Of a DNA stretch of 64,000 nt, positions 54,893 through 64,000 are shown piece by piece; position 1 is the stretch's first letter; every line of letters begins with the position of its first letter. The position numbers and the translations under genes are program-made. The DNA comes from Protoeuglena noctilucae. Taxonomy: Eukaryota. The stretch covers positions 620,001 to 684,000 of the forward strand of contig OY253679.1 of NCBI GenBank assembly GCA_958009085.1, in the 5' to 3' direction. The notes below the pieces were generated by a model. The model saw only the letters and a program-made list of their open reading frames with translations, was not told the origin of the DNA and ran no database searches.

Positions 54893-55384
54893 GACGCATT
54901 CGCACACAAAAGCCCGCGTCACATCTCCCCCGGACGAAGCGCAGGGTTGGGCCGCATCAGCCCACGTGCATGCTGGGACGCCCGCGCTTTGAGACGGTCC
55001 CTGCGCTGTCGATCAGCTATGCAAGCGACTGAGCATTCGATGCGAATGCAGCAAAGGGCATCAACCAAATCAACAGGACGAGCGCTAAGAGAAAGCAGTC
55101 CACAAGAAATCTGCCCTGTGGACGCCTGGAGACGATGTCTACCTACGTAGTCCACTCCCTGGACTAAGTGTTCATCGCGACCAGCGGCGGCCCTGTATAT
55201 ACACGGTTCCACGCTTACCAAACTCTCTCGTGCCGCACGGCCTGTCGCCAGCCATCTGGTTGCATTGATGCGTTGCGCGATGAGCCACCTCTCGACAGTC
55301 ATTCCCCGCCTTGCCCGCGACAAGGGGCAGCGGCTGGACAGCCGCACCTGCTTCCCTGCTTCTCCCTGGGTCGGCCCCACCACC

Positions 55385-58300
55385 ATGGAGCCTTCCCATC
55401 GAGAAGTCAGCCCGCTCGTGAAGCGGGAATTGCGCGCGCGGCAGGACTCTGATGGCCGACCCGATGCGGCGCGCAGGCTGTTCCCCCAGCACTCGACCCG
55501 CAACCTGCCGACAGTCAAGGCTGCCGCCCGTGGCCGCGAGAGCGCGCAGCAGCGTGAGTGTCGCGACTGGATGTCGTACTTCATCGGTCCACATGCATCG
55601 CGACGCTTTCGCCGCACTCGTGCGCGCGATTCGTGAGAGCACAAGCGTCGTTGTCACCCCGGCCCGCTCTACGCCGCGCGGCTCCTCCCCGCCCCCGCAG
55701 GCCTCTGGCCGCCCAAGTGCTATGGCTCCGCAGTCATCCGGAACTACCTGGACTGGCCCCCTCCCCGCCCGCAAGAGCTGCTCTCAGGAATTGGCCTCGC
55801 CGTGTACGAAGCCCTCAAGTTCGCCGTCCTGGCGCTCGTGGCGTTCGTGGCGCTTCCCGTGATTGCCTGGGCGGAGTCGTCGCGCCTTGCCGGTGCGGAC
55901 CCAGCGCCGCCCCGCGCGCTCGGCGCCAGCCTCCTTCGCCAACTGTCGCGTGCTCCTGGCGCCCCGCGCGGCGCAGGGATCGCAGCGTCCGGCCTGCTTT
56001 GTCTCACATTCTATCGCTCTCGTCCCCTCGCGCAGTCTGGCGCCGCCTGCTCCTCGCCCTGTGGGGCTTCCTGTGCGGCATCGCGACCCTAGTGTGGCTC
56101 CCGCTGTGGGGCGTCGTCCTGGCCGTGGCCATCCTCCTGTGGGGCCTGGCCAGCACTCTCCGCGCCATCTACGAGTGGCACAGGCGCTCCGTCTGGGACC
56201 CGGTCCGCGGCGCGTGGCTGCGCGTCGACACGCCCCCGTCCGACCCCCCCCGACGCACACCCACCGCCACCCCGGAGCGCTCCGGGCCCTCCGTGCTCGC
56301 GCTGGAGCCGTCCCGCCCGCCTCCGGCCCCCCGCGACCCCTGGAGCTTCGCCCTGGACCCCTTCCCGACCCCCTCGCCCGCCTTCCCCTTGTCGACCGCC
56401 TCTCGGGAAGACACCGAGGCCCAGTGCCTCAAGAAGCTCGGCGTGCCCCCGGGGACCTCCACGGACCTCGCGAGGCACGCCATGTACAGGCGAGGGGTGC
56501 ACTGCGGTCTGTGTCTGCCACATGGCAGGTGGCGTGTGCAAGTGGTGGCTCGCGCGGCATGCGGGCGATGCGCGCCCTCACACCCTCACGCCCAGCGACC
56601 CGCCCCGTTCGCAGGCGCGGCTGGGACATCCGCGAAGAGCCGGGCTTCTCTCTGCGGGCGCTGGACGACGTGGCGGACGCCCTGGCTGTGCTGCAGCACC
56701 TGCGCACGGGCGCCACGGTGCAGGCCGGGGGGGGCCACCCCGCGCCCGGGGCCGTGCTGAGCGAGCTGCTGGGCTGCGCCGCGGTGGGCCCGGTGCTGGG
56801 GGAGCTGCGGGTGGTGACGGCGTCGCGGGTGCAGGGGCAGCTGGCGGGGGCAGCGTCCAAGGGCCTCGGGTCAGGCCCGGACCCGGACGTGGTCTTTGAG
56901 ACGGCGGTGGAGCTTCGGCAGCGGCGGCGGTGCATCGGGGCCGCGGCGCGGCTGGTGGGGATGCTGGAGGAGTTCCGCGAGGCGGTGCGGGAGGCGGAGG
57001 ACGTGGACGAGGACGGCGGTGGGGACGCGGCGGCGGCGCTGGCGCCCGGGGTGGCGGCGTGGGACGGGCGGGTGGAGGCGATGTGCGAGGCGGCGTGCCC
57101 GTCGGGGGCGGGAGCGGCGCAGGTGCCCGCGGTGCGGGGGCAGGTGCTGCGGGCGCTGGGGCGGGGCCTGGTGGGGGCGGCGGAGGTGCTGATGGGCCGG
57201 GTGGCGCCCGCGCGGTGGCTGGGGTCGCGGCTGTCGTTCGCATGGCGCGAGGTGGCGTGGGGGTGGCGGCGGTTCTGGCTCGAGCGGCGGATGAGCCAGG
57301 TGAGGCGTGGGGGGCTGCCCGGCCTGTGGTGTGCGCCCGGCGACGTGCACATCGCTCTGTGAATGGCAAAGGCAGCACCCGGCACAGCTGCCACACTGTG
57401 CCAGCACCATTCGTGACTGCCCCCTGTTCGCGCAGTTGCAAGACGAGATGGATGAGATGGAGAGGGACGAGGCGGAGAATGCGCGTCTGCGGGAGGGCGA
57501 CCCCCTCCGCGTGGCACGGGAGAGGCCGGGGGGGGCAGCGGGGAAGGTGAGCGGGTGGGAGGGGCTAGGTGGTGGCTTCTGAAGCCGCTGTTGTCTTTGA
57601 CATCGTCGTAAACGAAGGTTCCGTGTTTGCTGGCTTGCTGGCTTGCGTCAGAGAGGACGACGGTTGCTTGGTTGCTCGTCATAGAAAGAGAGACATGTGT
57701 CGTAGAGGACAGCCCCATCATGTGTATCGCTTGGACCGCAGGCGATGGACGAGGAGGTCTCCGCGTCGCTGCCGTCGACCAGCGCGGTGTCCACGGAAGA
57801 AGCGGCGTGCATGATCGTGGGGTAAGGGCCTCTCCGCCACCCACACGCGACCTGGTCATTGACACTGCACCATTCACCCTCACCCTCACTTGCACCCTCA
57901 CCCTTACCCTTACCCGCACCCACACCCCAACCCTCACCCCCACCCTCACTGCCGCCCTCACCCAGGGAGCCTGGCGCCGCGGACGACGTGGACGACCACG
58001 TGGCATCGGTCAACGTCCGGCGGCGGGCGCTGGAGGCCGAGGCTCTGACGCTCATGATGGGGGCGGCGTGGGAGTCGGTGGAAGAGGTGAGGGTGACGTG
58101 GGGGGACAGGCGAGGCAGTGCTGGGAGCAGGTGCGATGCAGGGGGGATGAGGTGGATTGGCTTGGAAGGGGTGGGTGTGCTCGTGGCGCCCGTGGCTCAG
58201 CGTGCCATACACACAGCAAATCGCTGTCTATCCCATTCTCTGTATGTACCTCCCCATTCTCAGGACATATGGAAGACGACGCGCTGCGTGGGCCTGCTGG

Positions 58301-58563
58301 CGGGTGCGGGGTGGACGCCGGAATCGTCGCCCTCCCCGGGGCAGTCCTCGCAGCCGCGGCCGGTCGACGCGGTGCGGCGGGAGCGCGCGCGGGCGATGCT
58401 GCGGATGGGCCGGCAGATGGTGCGGTGGGCGGAGGAGTGGCTGGGGGCGGCAGAGGCGGCGGCTGAGGGGCTGCGTGCCCATGCCGAGAGTCCTTTGGCC
58501 ACCAGCCATCACGTGGCGCAGGCGATTAAGGTGTCGGCGGAACGCGCCGTGGCTAGCGGATGA
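55385..58563 (+). CDS. Hypothetical multi-exon membrane protein
   Basis: Hydrophobic exon (LLLALWGFLCGIATLVWLPLWGVVLAVAILLWGL), long GC3-rich exons (56615-57300, 58264-58563) and consistent splice signals; no family recognised. Confidence 0.45.
57875..57965. repeat. Degenerate (CACCCT/TACCCT)n hexamer microsatellite in an intron
   Basis: CACCCT CACCCT CACTTG CACCCT CACCCT TACCCT TACCCG CACCCA CACCCC AACCCT CACCCC CACCCT.. ending at a CCCAG acceptor. Confidence 0.7.
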
Positions 58564-59301
58564 TGGATCGTGTGTCCCAATCCATCCTAGATTGATCCTA
58601 ATGGTAGAGTACCACACTCGGCGACCCGTCGATGCATGGCGCGCCAGTGCATGCGGACTGTGTTCTTTTGATTTGGGGTTCGAGTCTTTCGATTGCCGGG
58701 ACCCAGTGACTGTTCTAGGCGACGGCATGGCGCGTCAGGCGCCACTGTTCCTGGCACCGTATCGGTGCTGCTCGCATAGACTCTATACGGACCGTTCCTG
58801 TTCCCAGCCAAGGCCGGTGTTAAAAGGGCCGGCCGCGTACGTATCTACCAGCTTGCGAATGCCGAGCGGGCACCTCACCCCGCCGTCTAGGCCCGCCATG
58901 CATGGCACTTTGGTGCGGTGCGGCGCGCCTAATCCAAGGGACGGCCGGCGAGACTACGCCCACACCCGAGGGGCCTTCCAGCGCCCGCGGGCGCCTGGGC
59001 AGAGAAAGGGAGAGAAAAGGAGCGCGTCTACAATCAGCGCGTTAATGAGGAGCGTCAGAGGAGCCCTTGCTACCCAACAGGCACGACTGGGTGACACCCT
59101 GGTCGGCCACGCTGGTCGGCGTGATGGTCGGCGACGTGAACGGAAGGATGGCCGGCATCGTCATCGGCATCACCGCTCCACCAATGGGCCTCGCCAAAGC
59201 CCTTGTCGCACGTCGCGCCCCACACGCCAGCTACGAGACCCCTCTGCGCCTCGACCTACGAATCCGGACACGCCGGGTGCCCGTTCTGCCGTCCGACGTC
59301 G

Positions 59302-62300
59302 CTACAAATGGTACGCCTCACGCAGCCTCGACACGTCCAGCCCCGCCCGCCCCAGCGCCGCCACCGCCTCGGCCACCGCCCCGCCCTCGCCCCTCGGCAG
59401 GGCCATCACGCTGACGCCGAACCGCGGCACCCCCCGCAGCTCCTCCATCAGCGCCATCCCGAGCGCCGCCTTGCCCCCGGGGACCAGGCTCCTCCCCACC
59501 GCCACCGCCACCGCCTCAATGCACCTAGGAGACAGCGACTGCTTGAAGAGGCCGGACAGGGACCCGGGGGTCAGGTGCTCCTCCACGTACGCGCCCCACG
59601 CGCGGGGGTCCCCGGACAGGGCCTTGGCCGCACGCTCGAAGTCTAACGCGGTGCGGGGGGCGCCCGGGGGCGGTCCCACGGCCGCCAGGGCCGCCACGCG
59701 GGCCGCGGACGACAGCGGCAGGGCGCGGCGCACCGCGGGGGCGTCCTTGATCGGCGCAGGCGCGCGGGGGGAGCCCGCCCCGGGGCTGGAGCTCCGCGCC
59801 GCCGCGGCGTCCCGGCCCGCCCCTGCACCACCAGTTCCATCCACCACCGCCGGGCTCGCACCCGCACCCGCACCCGCACCCGCACCCGCACCCGCGCCCG
59901 CCCCCCCCCCTCCCGCGCGGCTCTGCTGCTCCCGCAGCGCCGCCATGGTCACCCTCAGGTCCTCCTGCAGCCCCGCGTCCCCCGGNNNNNNNNNNNNNNN
60001 NNNNNNNNNNNNNNNNNNNNNNNNNNNNNNNNNNNNNNNNNNNNNNNNNNNNNNNNNNNNNNNNNNNNNNNNNNNNNNNNNNNNNNNNNNNNNNNNNNNN
60101 NNNNNNNNNNNNNNNNNNNNNNNNNNNNNNNNNNNNNNNNNNNNNNNNNNNNNNNNNNNNNNNNNNNNNNNNNNNNNNNNNNNNNCCCGTCCAGGCACGC
60201 CGCCACCGACGCGTCCCGCTCCGCCTCCTCGTGCCGCCCCATCCGCATCGCCGCCTGGCTCCGGTTCCCCAGCAGCACCGCCAGCAGCGACGCCGTCCCC
60301 GCCACCTCCACCGCCTCCGTGAACTTGGCTGACGCGCCCTCCAGGTCACCCGCGGCGAACAGGTGGTTGCCCTCGTCCTTGATCGCTGCGAACGAAGGCG
60401 GGGGGGCGGGCTTCAGGTCACGCGCCTCACAAGCAATGCGACTGGCCAGGGCGGCACGCAGGTGGCTGTCAAGGGAGCCGCGCGCGCCACAGCCAGCAAC
60501 CCAAAAGGCCCGAGTCGCCCCGCGCTTCCTCACCCGTCGCGAGGGCGTCCAGCGCGCGCGCCGAGTCCCCCACTGACACGGCCGCCTGCCCCGCCCCCTG
60601 GCCCGGCGCGTCCCCGCGCTCCCTTCCCGCGCCCCCGCCGCGCTCCGCTGCCGGGGCCTCGCTCCCTCGGCCAGGGGACGCGTCCGGGTAGTACCCCAGC
60701 CCCATCTCGCCCCTCTTGTAGGCCATCCCTGGCCTGGGTCCCCGGAACCCCTCGCTTGGCTCAAAGCCCTCGCTGCTCATCGCCTCCCGCCCCCCGTCCC
60801 CGCCCCCCTCCACCTCCTCGATCGCCATCTTGCTCGCTGTGGCCTTGCCCAGCTCCCGCAGCGCCCGGTCCCTCAGCTTAACCACCCCATCCGCCGTGGG
60901 ATCCTCGACCAGGGCCGCATCTAAGTCCTGGGAATTAACGATGATTGGGAGATGAGTGACTGGCAGAGGGTCAGGCGAGGCCAGGCGAGGTGGCAAGGGG
61001 TGCGGCGAGGCCAGGGGAGGTGGCACACGGTGGGACGAGGTGGTGGTTGCGTGAGGTACGGCTGTCGAGGCGAGTCACAGCGCGACAGCAAGTGGGTCGT
61101 GTCACAGGCAAGCGCTGTCTCTAAATAACCAAACGAAGCAAGAGTGTCTGACTGCCACCCACGAAGTACTAGCATGCCCCCTCGCCCAACAATGCCCCCG
61201 CCCCTCACCTCCACCGCCTCCCTGGTCTTCCCCAGGTGCATGCGCGCCGTGCCGCGGCGCACGAGGGCCTTGGCGTGGCGCGGCTGCAGCTCCAGCGCGA
61301 ACCCGGCGTCCGCCTCCGCGTCCGCCCACCGCTCCAGCTTCAGGTATGCAGCAGCACGGTTGGCGTGGGCCGCCGCGGTCGCGTGCAGGCCCAGGGACAG
61401 CGTGTAGGCCTCCACGGCCGCGGGGTACTCGTGCGCGTGGTAGTAGTCGTTGCCCTTCTCGCGCTCCCGCTCCGCCAGCCACCGCCGGTGCGCGTCGGGG
61501 AGCGTCGCGTTGGCCTCCGCCAGCTTGCGCGTGTGGTCCGGGCCGGGCGACAATGCGTTCACCGGGCGCGGCGCGGGGGCCTGCGGGGGCGATCCCGGGA
61601 CCGCTCGCGATGCGGCGCGGCGGGGGACGGCGGACCGCGCGCGCGCGCGCGCCGAGGATCCTCGCGCAACCACGCACCGCGGAAGGAGCGTCCCCGTCCG
61701 CCTCCTCCTCCTCCGCCTTGCGCGCGAACTTGTCCCATGCCTCGTAGTAGTCCTTCCCGCTGCGGACCTGCCCGCCAAACTTGGAGTCCGGCCGGGGCGG
61801 GGCCTCGGCGGGCGGGACAGTGGCCTTGCCCGGCACGGCGCTGCGGATAGGCACCGTGGGGCGCGCGGCGTGCTGGTAATTGGACGCGCCTACCTCCAGC
61901 GCACTCATCTGCGACAGCGGGAGGAAACTCGGCGGTCGGGGCGATGGGCGCGGGCAGCGAGCGGGGCGAGACCTGCTAAACCAACCACTGTGGGTCACCC
62001 TGCGGAACCCTCGGGCATCCGCGCGCCTGCGCACGCACCTCCGCAGCGAAGGACGCTAGTTCCTCTTGCAGCGCTCGTTGCTGCGCCTCCGCCGCGGCGC
62101 GTGCCTCGGGGGTGGAGTCGTGAAGGCCCTGCACGAAAGGGTACCGGGACGCTCGCTTGCGGCCGCAAGTCCGAGAAAGGTCGCATGCACGGACTCTTCG
62201 ACAACACGAAGGATGCCGGGGCATCGTCAAGGCGACGCAGAGGCCGCCCTCGGCCCCGCGGAGGGCGTGCACGCACCAGCTGCCTGAGCCTGCCCAGCGC

Positions 62301-62555
62301 GGCGTTGGCCGTCGGCTCGAAGCCCTCCCTGAGCATGTAATCATAGAACTTTTTCAGTTTCCCGACGTCCGTCCATCGGTTAATGTCGTCAAGACTGCGG
62401 GCGGGCGTCGGAGGGTGTCGGTGGGCTTGCGCTAAACTCGCCCACGCGCGCGCCGCGTCCCGAGACAGGCCCCGCCAATCTCCCCGCGTCCGATTCATGG
62501 CGAAGATAGTGAGAGTGCCGCCGGGACCCCCCGCCCGCGCCTCGGCCGAGGGCAT
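59302..62555 (-). CDS. SPAG1/RPAP3-like TPR co-chaperone with C-terminal RPAP3_C domain (dynein/R2TP-type assembly factor); start approximate, spans an assembly gap
   Basis: KDYYEAWDKF motif; TPRs AEREREKGNDYYHAHEYPAAVEAYTLSL..NRAAAYLKL..KALVRRG and IKDEGNHLFAAGDLEGASAKFT..GNRSQA; C-terminus PRTALDFERAAKAL..LSGLFKQSL..LRGVPRFGVSVMAL. Confidence 0.75.
59986..60185. other. Assembly gap (200 N)
   Basis: Run of N inside the TPR gene. Confidence 1.
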
Positions 62556-62929
62556 GCTGGGCCTCCAGTCGCTTCCTTTTTTTAGTTCAAGCACGCTGCC
62601 CCATGCGACAACCGGGGCGCAGCCCCCTCGAGCACTCACGTGGCGTTGTCGAACTCTTCCCGATCCTCCTTCGACAGGAGGTCCGGGGGCGCGGCCACGT
62701 CCATGGCACACGAACCAGCGTCCCAAACCGCCCGCGCGCGGGCGTAGGGCGGCACACGTGGCGCAGCGTGCACGAGTCAAGGCAAGCGTGTGGAAAGTGG
62801 GCTTTTTCCAGCGCTTCATCCAGCTTGGTCGCCGAGGGGGCAGCACTTTGCCCTGCTGGCAAACGCGTCGCGAGATAGGCCTTCAATTCGCCGCGGATGC
62901 AGGCATGCAGAGGCAACGCGCTTCGGAAA

Positions 62930-64000
62930 TCACTCGGCAGCCCCCTCCGCGGCCCCCTCCGCGCCCGCCTCCTCGAAGCCCGCGTTGAAGAGGAAGACAT
63001 TGGCCTCTGGCCGCAGCTCCCGCCCCTGAAAGAGGTCGTCGAGGGCGTCCACGCGGTTGTTGGCCACGGACGCGTGCGCCGACACCTCCAGCTCGAACCC
63101 GAAGTCCGTCAGCACCTTGTGCGCGGCCTCCACGCACAGCGGCATCTGCGGACCACGCACGGCGCTGCATGAGCTCTGCGCGCAGGCCCCGCCGCGGCCG
63201 CCGGCGCACCCACGCCCCCCGCTCACCTGCGTGCCGCTGTGCACGAGGGCCACGGGCGCCCCCTGCAACACGGGGAGGCCCTCCGCCGCGGCCCGGTCCG
63301 AGGCCTTGGGGGCGATGACCTGCCAGACGGAGCTGTACCCCGACGTGCCGCCACGGGACAGGTACACCAGCTGGTGCTTGCTGAGGCGCGCCTTGGCCCC
63401 GGTGGACGCGGGCTCCGACACGAGCAGGGGCGCCGCGGAGGCGTCGCCACCCGTGGCGTCCGGGTTGACGCGCACGCGGACCTTCATGCCGTACCGCAGC
63501 TCCGTGCCGGGGAACACGGCGTCGTAGGCGTTGGGCTTGGGCGGCACGTACTGCTCCAGGACAAAGGTCGTGCGTGCCGAGGGGCCGCGGTACGTCTCGG
63601 GCGTTGTCGCCGTCACGAGGCCGCCGTGGGCGTCCGCCTCGTCCAGGTCGACCGCGAGCCTGAGGGCACACCACGGCACGAGGGGTGAAAGGGTGGACGG
63701 CAGTGGGGTGGGCGCAGGCAGCCAGGCGGCAGGCACCTGTTGCCGTTCTGCAACGCGACGATCTCGACCGGCTTGCCGAGCTCCACCGTGCCGTCCGCGC
63801 CGCCCCCGGGGAGCCGCACCCCCGCCCCCAGCGTCTCCAGCTTGCGCGTGAATTTGCTCAGCCGCAGCGTGCCGTTCATCTCCCCCAGCAGGATGCCTTG
63901 CACCAAGTTGTCCTTCTGCTCGTACTCCTCATTCCAGTTGCCGACGAGCGTCTTTCCAAAGTACCGCGTCCCCCCCGCGATCTGCTGCTTGGTGTAGTAC
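62930..64000 (-). CDS. CFAP161: Cilia- and flagella-associated protein 161-like; start probably just beyond the window edge
   Basis: YTKQQIAGGTRYFGKTLVGNWNEE..GTLRLSKF; PSARTTFVL; LRYGMKVRV; PVLQGAPVALVHSGTQ|MPLCVE..TDFGFELEVSAH. Confidence 0.7.

Noticed and set aside
58670..58695. tRNA (GGTTCGAGTC T-loop/B-box-like motif)
   Set aside because: No T-stem, acceptor stem, anticodon arm or D arm can be formed around it
59858..59900. (GCACCC)n repeat as a separate element
   Set aside because: It encodes a Gly-Ala linker in the SPAG1-like protein
58157..60322. 721-aa plus-strand ORF, and other long antisense ORFs such as 19839-21188, 45973-47331 and 47635-49029
   Set aside because: These are shadow ORFs caused by high GC and antisense codon bias of real genes; this one also runs through an N gap

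Overview
This is very GC-rich, gene-dense eukaryotic nuclear DNA with many short spliceosomal introns. It carries both plastid-targeted genes (PDS, omega-3 FAD, a bPH_2 protein) and motile-cilium genes (RIB72/EFHC, SPAG1-like, CFAP161), so it most likely comes from a compact-genome flagellated green alga (inference). Recognisable genes in order: bPH_2-domain protein, RPS29, CDIN1/TPD-like nuclease, proteasome alpha-7, RPS12, Prp18, MTA/SAH nucleosidase, RIB72/EFHC, cytochrome P450, long-chain alcohol oxidase, class II CPD photolyase, ZNG1/CobW, RPL18, omega-3 desaturase, phytoene desaturase, MATE transporter, PIG-A, SPAG1/RPAP3-like TPR protein and CFAP161, plus several hypothetical genes. The strongest unusual signal is a high frequency of non-canonical GC-AG introns: 16 are needed to rebuild conserved proteins, all with the donor AG|GC(G/A)AG. 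Other signals are structured introns in all three ribosomal-protein genes (one with an 18S rRNA 5'-end-like motif, one with a possible C/D snoRNA), a tail-to-tail P450/alcohol oxidase pair, a head-to-head FAD/PDS pair, and duplicated splice sites in PIG-A. Gene models were spliced by eye, so CDS coordinates are start-to-stop spans including introns and some boundaries are approximate. No CRISPR array, tRNA, rRNA gene or transposase was found.
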